From Nemertoderma westbladi (Eukaryota; Animalia; Xenacoelomorpha), in assembly GCA_032718475.1 (NCBI GenBank), contig JAUCBJ010009099.1, forward strand, positions 16,612 through 80,611: a stretch of DNA of 64,000 nt, read 5' to 3'. The notes under the pieces were generated by a model. That model was not told the DNA's origin. It did no database searches and saw only the letters and a list, made by a program, of their open reading frames with translations. The first letter of the stretch is position 1, and every line of letters begins with the position of its first letter. The position numbers were made by a program, and so were the translations under genes. Below are positions 37,801 through 47,409 of this stretch, in pieces.

Positions 37801-40800
37801 TTCCTGGCTCATTACCAATACTTCCAGTGAAAACAGCCCTGCCATGGATACCTGGAAACGGTTGCCCTGTGTCCTGGCAAGGGAAACCTGGAATCTGTTG
37901 ACTGGTATCCTGGCCATGGAAATCGGGAATCTGTTGACTGCTTTCTGGCATTCTATGGTTTTTGCTCATTGTATCATGAAAGGAAGGGGCATCTCGTGCT
38001 GGAAGACCAGAGAATGGATTAGCGGGTTTCACTACAAGATCTAGAGCACCACTATCTTCTACACTTTGGGATTGCACCAACTCAGCTCCAGCAATCGTAG
38101 AATCCAGAGTATAAGTACTATTCAGCAAACTTTCGACACTTTCGCCAAGGCCTCCTTCTTCAACGACAGTGTGAACCGCCTTGAATAAAGTACTTTGATC
38201 ATTTAACCCTATATCAGAGGGGAAATTAGGGGCTGGTCTTCGGGACAAGATTCCCATGTGGCAAGGAGGGGCAGAATCAGCATGGGAAAACAATGCACAG
38301 TGGTTTACATCGAGATCCGGTTTACACATAACAGTTTTACCAAAACATTCATCCCGCCGCGCCGAAGGTGTCAGTATGTGGGGCGCATTGGCCAATGGCA
38401 ATGCCTCAGACATAGGAGTCTCTATCGGGTCGGATGGATTGCTTCCCAAAAACGTTGTTGACTCTGACCGTTGAAAAAATACATTTTTCCGGCCAACCGT
38501 TCCCAAGCCGGTGTCGTCACTAAAAAATACAGGGATCTCACAACCTTCGGAGTCTTCAGATTCAAAAGATGGACTGAATGCAGTGGTGGGGCTGTCTATC
38601 GAATATTGTTGAGATATGTCCTCCTCATCATTGTTCATCAGCGTAGAAAATATCTTCACTGAATAAATTAGGGAATCTGCTACATAAGCTACATGCTTCA
38701 GAGAAGCGACATCTACAACAGGAACTGTGTCGCCATGGTCTGCTGTGTGGCTCCGCAATAAAGAAAGGGTGTAATTGAGAAAATCACGACGCGCTAAACT
38801 TGTATCTTGAGGCATAGAAAGCCGTGTCTTCTTACGAGTATCAGAGAAGGTTGATCGCCACAATGTGCATAGATCGTCTCGACGTGATTTCGTTCTCGTG
38901 GACGTGGTATACAATGGGTTTCGCGGGTGGGCCGGATGGCTGCTATCAGATGCAGCAGCGAGAGCCGAGCCAAACCGCAACTGACCTTCAGTTGCGTCCA
39001 TTACTTGTAGCAACCAATCCCATACGGGTCTCAACAAATTCTGAGCATACAAGTAAAGATTGGTCGCATCGGAGACACTGATAACCGGGAGATGGCAAAT
39101 AGTCGAAGGGGCGGAATATGGATAACTGAATGCATCCAATATGAGATCACAGAGCTGCCGAATTAATATTCCATATAGTCGACCAAGTGAACTGTTGGTA
39201 GTATCAATGGATACAGTGTTAGCATCAGCATGATTAACATTAGCTGATGAAGCTGTTGTTCCTCCTCTTAGTGATGAATGGTGGTCAATGTAAATGAGGT
39301 TACTTCCAGATGATGTCGAAGCCATTGTGGTACTAGGACGACTTCCACCCAGAGCCCACTGCATTTGCGAGGGCCGACTGGTTGCAGTAGACATCTCTGC
39401 CCCTCCAATAAACCTAGACTGGGGGTTTGATTCATTCTCGGACTCTTCACTCTCCTCTTCATCATCCTGACCACTGTCACCATCGTCCACATCGCTACCA
39501 TCCCCATCAGTCCGAGTTGGTGGTTGTATCCGCCTAGCTGTAGGATTCTCAATAGCATCGCCGTGGTTACTGTCTGAATCAGACTCTGACTCAACAAACA
39601 TATCTAATTCCATGTCAGAATCGAGAGCCACTTCAGATTCCTGACGCATTCTCTCTCTGGGCGCTGTGGATTGGTCGTTTGTATCAGCAGTGCGCTGTGC
39701 GGTTGATGTTTCATTTGACTGCGACCGAGATATATTTCCGCTGCCCGATGACCTACCGAGTTGATACCCATGTCGTGAAGATGTCCCCACATTTCCAGCT
39801 GACGACACATCCGCTAATGTTGATCCTGTGTGTAAGGGGAGTGGATCAACCTGGAATATTTCATCACTCCCACTGATGGCATCTGTGCAGGACTGATACA
39901 AACTAAAAGTCATAGAGGGTCGGGAAATTCCGAAACGTACTGGAACTATTATTGCAGCTGAAGCCTGTGCCAACTCCTCTATAGCAATGCCTAGCAACAT
40001 TTGAAAGGCTCGCTTCGCCCGTATAATTGGTTGTGTCGTTAGGATAAGTTTATGTTTGCTTGGAGTAATTTCGATGTTGAGAATAATAAATACCCGTATA
40101 ACAGACCTGATAAATCGTCTGGCAACTGATTCGATTTCTTTGTTGTTATTTCCCATCTGCTGAATTATTGTGGTCAGTAGAGCATCCAAGACCTCAACAT
40201 TGCATTTGACCAGCAAGCAATGAGTGAATGAATCAAGTTTAACAGCTACTGATTGAGAAGATAAAACATCATCACTGATAGGCTCTGATGGACTTCCAAG
40301 TTCAAACATGCTTTTAACCGCTGGCCAACAATGCATTACTTGTGCCAAAGCAGATCTAGCAAACTTTGGTGGCTCCGGTTGTATTTCATTAGCATCTGCA
40401 TCAGTTCCTTTCCTTCTCTTACTGTACTGCTTTTGTTCGTGCATCTGCCGGGCGACAGTTTGAACTAAAAACAGGGGTAAAGTTTCACCGCGACTATTGG
40501 GCAGTTGCACAAGATCCGTATGTTCCAACAACCACATCAATAACTCATGTCTTGCAGCCTGATTTCCGGCCGCAAGGCTTTTACAATTGCACTTCCATTT
40601 GCAACGCTCCCAACAGTCACAGTAGGCTGTAGGAGAGGTGCTCTTCAGTTTGCAGTCATGGCCTTTGTGGCAGACACGAGCGCATTCAGTGCAACAACAC
40701 AACTGATCCTGCAGACCACACGTTTTGCATTCAAAAATATCCTGATTGATGTGCTCCTCGCCAGTCCAGGTGAAACTACACGTATCATTAGCACAAATAA

Positions 40801-43800
40801 GATAAAGGGGTGAATCATCAGGGTTGCTCCCAGGCGGATATATCATTTTCATCATCAGCTGTTTGTCGCTGTCAAAATGATGTTTTATTTTATTAATAAG
40901 TAGTGACGCAGCTGTGTAAGCTCGCAAATTAATAGACAACATAAATGGAGTGTTGCCCTGGTAATCTTTAGAACAAAGCAATTCAGTTAAGTGTGGGCTT
41001 ACAACTTCACTATCACAAATCATTTTCAATACATCTGATGGTTTGCCTTCATCAGCAAGTGGAATGAATCCTGTGGCCGACTTAGGAATATCATCGACAG
41101 GAGGTGGAATAGCCCCGGGTTGCTGGAGATGCCAGTTGTGAGCCAAATGGGAACTCAGTTCTGGAATATCTTCATAATCAGCTGGCGGGCTCCCGCTGTG
41201 TAAAGGTGACGACAAAGCTGCGCGAGTAGCTTGCCTCATCATCTCTCTAAGGTTAATCCGATGATACGATGGGGGTGCCATTGCTTCATTACTTGGGTGA
41301 GTAGGAGCAGAGGTCTTTGGTGTTACATTTCGAACTGGTGCACATTTACTGATTGCCAGATGAAGAATATTGAAATTGCCATCTGCTTTCTCCCAAATAC
41401 CCGATGTATGTTGTTGATCTAAAGACATAAGCTGAAGAAACGATCGAACAGCCTCACTGTTTGATAGGGAAATAGCTGTCGACAAAGGTTGAGAGCGGTA
41501 AAACAAGATAGCTATAGCACTAGACCTGCCATCGGGTTGAGGATGAATTCCCATGGTTACAGTTTCAACAGGTGGTAGATTGAATGTAACTGGCTCAGCA
41601 ATCCCACCAACAAAATTATGCTGCAAAGGGTATAGACATCTATTACCATCCAACATGATAGTTGTATCAAGACCACAACTGTATAAGGACAAACAAGGAG
41701 GTTGGTTGCCATCAAAAGTCAGAGGTAAATGACTATAATCTCCAGGCTTACCTGATGTCATTTCATACACAGTAATCTGAAGTTTTCCATTTACATAATA
41801 GATAGCTTTCAGGCCTCCCACATATGCCACATAAGACACCAACCTTGCATTGTCTGGGACAGTTAATCTCTTTGGATTGCGTTGAATATAATCTGGTGAA
41901 CGTAATGTTACAGTTGACTTAGCTAGCTGAAGCTCGTCTTTTCTGAGAAGTCGACAACTTTCAAGTGCTGGTATTGCAGACTCTTTAGATTCATTGGACT
42001 GGGTTTCAGTATTGAATTGAACAGCAGCGTATATGCCATCAATTTTAATCACCTTCCCAACTGGTGTAGACTTTGTGTCCTCTACAAAAATAACATCCTT
42101 CAGATCCCAATAATATGTTGCAGTAGTGTCATTGCCATCATCTCCAGAGTACTTACGTTTGGATGTGATGTTAGTTGACATTGTCGAGTCATGTTGGTCT
42201 TTTTCAAATGCTGAAGAAGTCGGATATATTGGCCGAAACAAACTTTTCTCATTTGTACTCCATGCCGACTCCAACAGTCGACCCGCCTGGGGAACGCCAC
42301 CAAACAAGGTAAAACCGATACATCCATGACAGTACAGAGGTAAACTTCGCAAACAGACTTGGCTGCCAGTGACAATCTGAGCAGCCGCACCACCAGCAAA
42401 CCCTCCACCCACACCAATACGATTAGTACGAGTTCGCACCTTCTCTATGAGCTTCTTAGACTGTGCTGTTGGAACAACCCCCCACCAATAGATACCACCA
42501 GATTCCGTCGTCACACACGAATAAAGGTAACATACAGATAAACTCACAATATGCTCCCCTGCAAGTTCAGGGTATGTAACAGCCGGATGTCCAAGTTTTG
42601 AAGTTATATGATTGATACTTTCGTCATAAAATGTAGCCAATTTACCAGATTCTAATAACAATGTCGCTCTTATTATAGACGACTTCAAATCCGTGATTTT
42701 CTCGTTTTCCAAGTTGAGATCTTGGATCCGAGGATGTGTTAAAACATCACCATCGGTAGAATATGGGAGCATATTGGACCACTTCCACTGCCACAGAGTT
42801 CCGCTGTTGGAAACAGCTAATAACTCAGAATGGAGTGCAGCTATTTGTACAAACCTCACATCCTTTACAGGCATATATTCAAAATTAGCAAGTGATATGT
42901 CCTGGTTGTTTGTGGGAGTGTATGTCCTGTAGTTGGATGATCCTTGTGAAGGGCCATCTTGTAGAAGTGAGCCACCCATCCAATTACGATCTCTTGATTC
43001 TGGATAGGCATCACGAGTCGCCCGGACTGCTCTCGTCCTACACGAAGCAGTAAAGAAATCTTCGGGAAAAAGTGGGTCATCATGAACGACCATACCATGA
43101 TGGTCTGAGTTTATAGAGGCGTCCAACAGCGACATAAGGTCCTCCCCAGTCGGCATATACTCTGAGTTATCTTCTTCTTCATTTCCATCATCATCTTCGC
43201 AACTCAGAAGATTATTCACCGCTATGTTCACATCAAGATTTGTTCGTTGCAACTCTCGTATTATCACATTCCTGGATTTTCCCTGGAGAACTGCTTGAGC
43301 TTGAGTTACAAGTTCTTCTGGTACAACTGATGCAGGTATCACCATGCGGTTCCCCATAACAATACCGATTGCGCTATTACTCAATGAAGAACGGGCTCGC
43401 CCACTCATACCCATTCGCGCCTGACGAATGCGTTTTGCATTTCTTGCAGTTCCGATCAAACTAGGTGATGATGAAGATGACGCTGTTTTAGAAGTTGATG
43501 ATGCCAAAGATGATGACCATTTTGTACGTTTGTTTTGATCAGATTTTTCAGCATCACCAGATGATTGATTAGCAGTCACTGAATAAGCAACCCGACAAAC
43601 ACGACCATCTGCTGAAAGGAAAACCAAATGGCTAGGTCCAACCACACACTGTTGAACTGATTGTTCCAAGCCAGGGGGGAGTATGTTTTGAGAAGCAGAA
43701 CTCCTTCCAGCTTGCGAAGCCGCAAACAGTTTTTCAACCAACTGCTCCTCTGAAGATGGTTGGGGTAGAAGAAGAAAATCTGTAGAAATTTTAGCATCAG

Positions 43801-43822
43801 ATCTTCCAATATTATCTGCCAT
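34886..43822 (-). CDS. UBR5: E3 ubiquitin ligase UBR5/EDD/hyd, 2978 aa, single coding exon
   Basis: UBA domain (VPEELVTQAQAVLQGKSRNVIIRELQRTNLDVN), UBR box (CSFTWTGEEHINQDIFECKTCGL), MLLE/PABC (LGDKLYPKV...KITGMLL), and HECT ending LPTANTCISRLYIPLY...KNFGFV. Confidence 0.98.
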   Translation of the reverse strand: MADNIGRSDAKISTDFLLLPQPSSEEQLVEKLFAASQAGRSSASQNILPPGLEQSVQQCVVGPSHLVFLSADGRVCRVAYSVTANQSSGDAEKSDQNKRTKWSSSLASSTSKTASSSSSPSLIGTARNAKRIRQARMGMSGRARSSLSNSAIGIVMGNRMVIPASVVPEELVTQAQAVLQGKSRNVIIRELQRTNLDVNIAVNNLLSCEDDDGNEEEDNSEYMPTGEDLMSLLDASINSDHHGMVVHDDPLFPEDFFTASCRTRAVRATRDAYPESRDRNWMGGSLLQDGPSQGSSNYRTYTPTNNQDISLANFEYMPVKDVRFVQIAALHSELLAVSNSGTLWQWKWSNMLPYSTDGDVLTHPRIQDLNLENEKITDLKSSIIRATLLLESGKLATFYDESINHITSKLGHPAVTYPELAGEHIVSLSVCYLYSCVTTESGGIYWWGVVPTAQSKKLIEKVRTRTNRIGVGGGFAGGAAAQIVTGSQVCLRSLPLYCHGCIGFTLFGGVPQAGRLLESAWSTNEKSLFRPIYPTSSAFEKDQHDSTMSTNITSKRKYSGDDGNDTTATYYWDLKDVIFVEDTKSTPVGKVIKIDGIYAAVQFNTETQSNESKESAIPALESCRLLRKDELQLAKSTVTLRSPDYIQRNPKRLTVPDNARLVSYVAYVGGLKAIYYVNGKLQITVYEMTSGKPGDYSHLPLTFDGNQPPCLSLYSCGLDTTIMLDGNRCLYPLQHNFVGGIAEPVTFNLPPVETVTMGIHPQPDGRSSAIAILFYRSQPLSTAISLSNSEAVRSFLQLMSLDQQHTSGIWEKADGNFNILHLAISKCAPVRNVTPKTSAPTHPSNEAMAPPSYHRINLREMMRQATRAALSSPLHSGSPPADYEDIPELSSHLAHNWHLQQPGAIPPPVDDIPKSATGFIPLADEGKPSDVLKMICDSEVVSPHLTELLCSKDYQGNTPFMLSINLRAYTAASLLINKIKHHFDSDKQLMMKMIYPPGSNPDDSPLYLICANDTCSFTWTGEEHINQDIFECKTCGLQDQLCCCTECARVCHKGHDCKLKSTSPTAYCDCWERCKWKCNCKSLAAGNQAARHELLMWLLEHTDLVQLPNSRGETLPLFLVQTVARQMHEQKQYSKRRKGTDADANEIQPEPPKFARSALAQVMHCWPAVKSMFELGSPSEPISDDVLSSQSVAVKLDSFTHCLLVKCNVEVLDALLTTIIQQMGNNNKEIESVARRFIRSVIRVFIILNIEITPSKHKLILTTQPIIRAKRAFQMLLGIAIEELAQASAAIIVPVRFGISRPSMTFSLYQSCTDAISGSDEIFQVDPLPLHTGSTLADVSSAGNVGTSSRHGYQLGRSSGSGNISRSQSNETSTAQRTADTNDQSTAPRERMRQESEVALDSDMELDMFVESESDSDSNHGDAIENPTARRIQPPTRTDGDGSDVDDGDSGQDDEEESEESENESNPQSRFIGGAEMSTATSRPSQMQWALGGSRPSTTMASTSSGSNLIYIDHHSSLRGGTTASSANVNHADANTVSIDTTNSSLGRLYGILIRQLCDLILDAFSYPYSAPSTICHLPVISVSDATNLYLYAQNLLRPVWDWLLQVMDATEGQLRFGSALAAASDSSHPAHPRNPLYTTSTRTKSRRDDLCTLWRSTFSDTRKKTRLSMPQDTSLARRDFLNYTLSLLRSHTADHGDTVPVVDVASLKHVAYVADSLIYSVKIFSTLMNNDEEDISQQYSIDSPTTAFSPSFESEDSEGCEIPVFFSDDTGLGTVGRKNVFFQRSESTTFLGSNPSDPIETPMSEALPLANAPHILTPSARRDECFGKTVMCKPDLDVNHCALFSHADSAPPCHMGILSRRPAPNFPSDIGLNDQSTLFKAVHTVVEEGGLGESVESLLNSTYTLDSTIAGAELVQSQSVEDSGALDLVVKPANPFSGLPARDAPSFHDTMSKNHRMPESSQQIPDFHGQDTSQQIPGFPCQDTGQPFPGIHGRAVFTGSIGNEPGTSYSHIPLPSTEPAMSQPTQSVIWHPDPSMSEGHSESQSLPSLIAESLDMTSTLSATIRANLHELKSLCTDTEMNCNYSDPKGSDAYRSTGSVSGIQGLPYVAAFPEYSGSAEARQPKEPSLYENLTAESGQAAGLPRSIVDPDYGMVASNSDKAPEYGAVYSDKPHDYVAMVSGKWSEYSGAMGSDKRPEYGAMGSDKRPEYGAMGSDKRPEYGAMGSDIRPEYGAMVSDKRPEYGVMGSDKRPEYGAMVSDKRPEYGVMGSDKRPEYGAMVSDKRPEYGAVGSDKRPEYGVMGSDKRPEYGAMVSDKRPEYGAMGSDKRPEYGAMVSDKRPEYGAMGSNKRPEYGAMGSDKRPEYGAMGTDKRPKYGVMGSNKRPEYGAQGPANAVPQFDSGSNSRPSREIFPLPSSRNILLGRWYHTIELFSRVFLDDVGAEPSSVLPELGGFDVKEVKFRREMERLRNNQNRDLTLEVDRERKHLIVQTLKQLNAQFTRRSSQVAQPMAVHRVKVMFKNEPGEGTGVARSFFTAIAEAFLSPEPLPSLDEFHSVSKATAASLHPRFKIGSDGAKGKSRLLLSYESKPFRPLPQQQGGESEPQSTPRQSLGDKLYPKVFALQPAFAAKITGMLLDQTQPQLMIFLTSEAHLKAKVAEAMKLIMSNRLSSKGAGKAEDIPEPALFFEPGKKGFYSIRAGGNSPERLNLYRNVGRLIGLCLLQNELFPLPLCRHVLKYILGRRIAWHDLAFFDPITYESLRQLLNDMNSENAAEVLATVDLTFSVELSKEEGGRMVNLSGCRNIPAVTPDNVFDYAKRYAEYRMVTSVAKPLVQLKLGVFDVIPRNGLDGLTAEDLRLLLNGCLYIEIKTLQGYTSFNDESGETAERLAKFKKWFWSVLERMSPSERQELVYFWTGSPGLPASEEGFQPLPTVTIRPADEHHLPTANTCISRLYIPLYATKSTLRAKIQLAIKAKNFGFV
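36666..37259 (-). repeat. Coding minisatellite in UBR5, 33 bp x18 (GAMGSDKRPEY)
   Basis: Counted in the translation; further degenerate copies lie just upstream. Confidence 0.95.
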
Positions 43823-44530
43823 TATACCGTATATAATTTATTTACCACCTTTATTCATATCATGTACCGGTATCACATCACAAGTCTGCAACTAAAAGAC
43901 AGAAAGACAGACAGACATACATCAGTAGGGCCTGGTAGAATGTGAATAGGCCTATCTGAATAAAATATGTGTATAACACTTTTCTTTACAGCATTAGGCT
44001 GTTTGCTGTTCAGCTGTTAGCAGGTTAGGGCTTGGCAGCTTGGGCTTTTCCAATCTGCAAACTGAAACCTGCGAGGTGAACGTTCCAGAGATATGAGGTT
44101 TCTCACTCAATTAGGTCTACGACAGTCTGACAGTACGATCTTCTCCTACTGTCCTATCAAAATTTAAATATCAATATAAAAATTTTAAAATATTTAAAAG
44201 CTGAAAAGGGCAGCAGGGCCGACTGGCAGAAAGGAAACCGCACTACAAAACATTACGTTTGGGTTCGGCTCGTCCAAGCTCTAAGTCTAAACACCCAAAT
44301 CACAACCAAATTACACTAGGCCTACAGCTATATCAGTGTCAGTATATAGCAGTATGGCATGGCAGGGGCAGCATGACATGGCACCCGACCCACGCACTTG
44401 CAGACATGGTTCAGGTTCCAGGCTGCCAGGGTTCATACAGCTGTACAGTCATACTGGCTACCGCTGGCCGCTGCCAATGTCTGATTCCTGACTGTATCGT
44501 AGTCTGGTAGTGTCAGGTCAGTCAGATGAG

Positions 44531-45312
44531 GTACGTACTAAAAGGTAGAACGATCTATAAACCTGATAATGGGCTATAACAGTATAACGATCTATAACGG
44601 GCTATAACTTCCTATAACAAGCTATAACCACCTATAACGAGCTATAATCTGAAAATTTACAATAAAAAACATATTTTAGTATGGATTTATTTTCCTAGCA
44701 GCCTAGTCAGTCAGTCAGTGATTTAATTAGGGCCTACGCAATTCTGCAATTTGGTTTTTTATTTTTAGTCCATAATGCTTTTCATCATTGTCAGATTGTG
44801 GTATTACGAAATCAGTCATTACTGCATTAGTCAGCATGCCACTCCCTGACTCCACTACTGCACTATCTGACCATCAGACAATGCAGCAGGGAGAGGTATC
44901 CCTTCCCTCTGTCGATCCTTCATCCTGCTATCCGCTGCCAGCTACTGGTCGATATAAAATACAGGAATATACGGCTGTACGGTAGTGAGCAATAGGCCTA
45001 TAGGCCAATAAAAAAACCTTACCAGTCTGTGGTCAGCCTGTATCAATTAGGCATAGGCAGATCAGCAGATAGGCCACCCTAATTTTTAACCTGCGGTATT
45101 TTTCAGACCACTGTCAGACCGTGTTAATCCAAAAGTTAAACACAGGCAGCAAGGGGCGTTTTTTTAATGTAAATTTTCATATTATTATAACCTACTGACC
45201 TAGCTCGTTATAGGTGGTTATAGCTTGTTTATAAAAAGTTATAGCCCGTTATAGATCGTTAAGCCCCTATTGCCTATAGCCCGTTATACTTATAGATCGT
45301 TCTACGTGGTAT
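44531..45312. mobile_element. MITE with (CTATAAC) subterminal repeats; a second partial copy lies at 45531-45843
   Basis: GTAGAACGATCTATAA ... TTATAGATCGTTCTAC inverted ends; duplicated left arm. Confidence 0.75.
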
Positions 45313-45977
45313 ACCACATACTGACATACCGTCAGATGAACTGACTGCCGCCTGGCCGCTACGTCAGTGTCAGACTGTGCAGTGCAGGCAGGCAGGTCCA
45401 GTCAGCCAGTCATGGCCTTCCTACGACAAGAAAACTACTGTCAGAATGTCTGTGTGTCTGTACGGTACTCGTACTGCTGTACAGCTGTCAGGCTGTACAG
45501 TAGAGGAGTAGCCTACAATATAGTGTACCGGTACGTACTAAAAGGTAGAACGATCTATAACGGGCTATAACGATCTATAACTTCCTATAACAAGCTATAA
45601 CCACCTATGCTATATACCAGTATACACATACAGACATATAACGAGCTATAATCTGAAAACTTACAATAAAAAAACATATTTTAGAATGGATTTATTTTCT
45701 TAGTTAGTAATTTAATTACGAAATTTGGTTTTTTAGTCGATAATGCTTTTCATCTTTGTTGTATCACGAAATCAGTCATTACTGAATCAGTCAGCTGCCA
45801 CTACCTGACCACGGCATTATCTGACTATCAGACAGTGCAGCAGTCTGGCAGTATAACAGTATATTATTATTATAGTACTGTAGTACAGTAGTAGCTCATG
45901 AGTAGTAGTAGTCCACGACTAACTCATGAGTCACTCTGTTGTGGGGCGAGCCACGAAGTAAGTGAGCCAAGGCGTAG

Positions 45978-46426
45978 CATTAATCAACCTGTGGGGCGGG
46001 TAAGCGAGCTTAGCATACAGCTACCACTATCTCAATTGGTGTGTCGTGTCCAATATTTAAACACTAATAACTCCGCCAATCCTCGATGAAATCTTTCCAA
46101 ACTTGGTACACATATTTTTTGGCAGTACCATTAATCAACCTGTGGGGCGGGTAAGCGAGCTTAGCATACAGCTACCACTATCTCAATTGGTGTGTCGTGT
46201 CCAATATTTAAACACTAATAACTCCGCCAATCCTCGATGAAATCTTTCCAAACTTGGTACACATATTTTTTGGCAGTACCATTAATCAACCTGTGGGGCG
46301 GGTAAGCGAGCTTAGCATACAGCTACCACTATCTCAATTGGTGTGTCGTGTCCAATATTTAAACACTAATAACTCCGCCAATCCTCGATGAAATCTTTCC
46401 AAACTTGGTACACATATTTTTTGGCA
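45978..46426 (+). repeat. 151-bp tandem repeat x3, apparently identical units
   Basis: CATTAATCAACCTGTGGGG recurs at 45978, 46129 and 46280. Confidence 0.95.
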
Positions 46427-47409
46427 AACGTTTAGACTTTTTCCAATTAAGTAGAATTTACGTGTGGCCTGCGAGATGCTAAGAAAAAAGCAGTTAATTC
46501 GTTAATTAATTAATTGCGGTAAAAACAGCATTTTCTAGCCTGTCTTTTAACGGAAATTAATTATTTTATAGTATAACATTTAAATAATTATACTTAAAAA
46601 TTATACAGCTGTAATCCCTAAACAACATTACATTATAGTTTTTAATTAGTTCAAGTGATTTTCTTGTGTCTTTAATTGGTCTAAAGTAATTAAAACGGCA
46701 TAAAAAACATTAAATACTGCTCCTTTATTGGTCAACAAGCTAGTCAGTGCTGATCCATAGATAGTGTTCGCGCTTTTAGACCTTTAACAGTTTAATCTGC
46801 TAATTTATATGTCTTATAATGTCTGACAGCCCGTACAAAATATGAACACAGCCGAAGCCAGTCTAGCGCGGCGTATGACCCACCGGATGTGGGAGTCTGG
46901 ATTCTATGGCAGAGAGAGGGCTAGGCTACTTTGTATTATTGATTGATCTCTACTATATAATCTCCAAAAACTATATTTATTTTTAGGGAAACACCAACAG
47001 TTCCTTTAGGTGCTGCGCTTTAAATACCACGCAGAGTTATGACTTATACTAATTACAACGGATGGTCATGAGATAACGCAAATGTTTACATTCTTTAGGA
47101 ATGTATAATTAATCGTTCACACTCACGTAACTGACAACAATGCTGAAATACGCTAATTTGCCGACTGTCACCAATTTTACTCGCATATAAGGATAAATTT
47201 AGCTCACGTACGTTAGGGGTTATGAAATAGCATTAATTCATACAAACCACTGTAATTTGAGCCAAGTGATTGTTACTAATATTCCCCTCTGCTTACCTCA
47301 ATAATCAAGAAAGCCAAGGGAATTATCGGTTATTCATAGTATTCTCCAAATATAAGCATAGATTAAATGAGTTATGTACAAACCACAATATATAATCACA
47401 GTATAAAAC

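Noticed and set aside
35935-43809. Many overlapping or antisense ORFs within UBR5 (likewise within RPN1, TAF12 and RPRD1)
   Set aside because: Shadow frames of real CDSs with no recognisable motifs.
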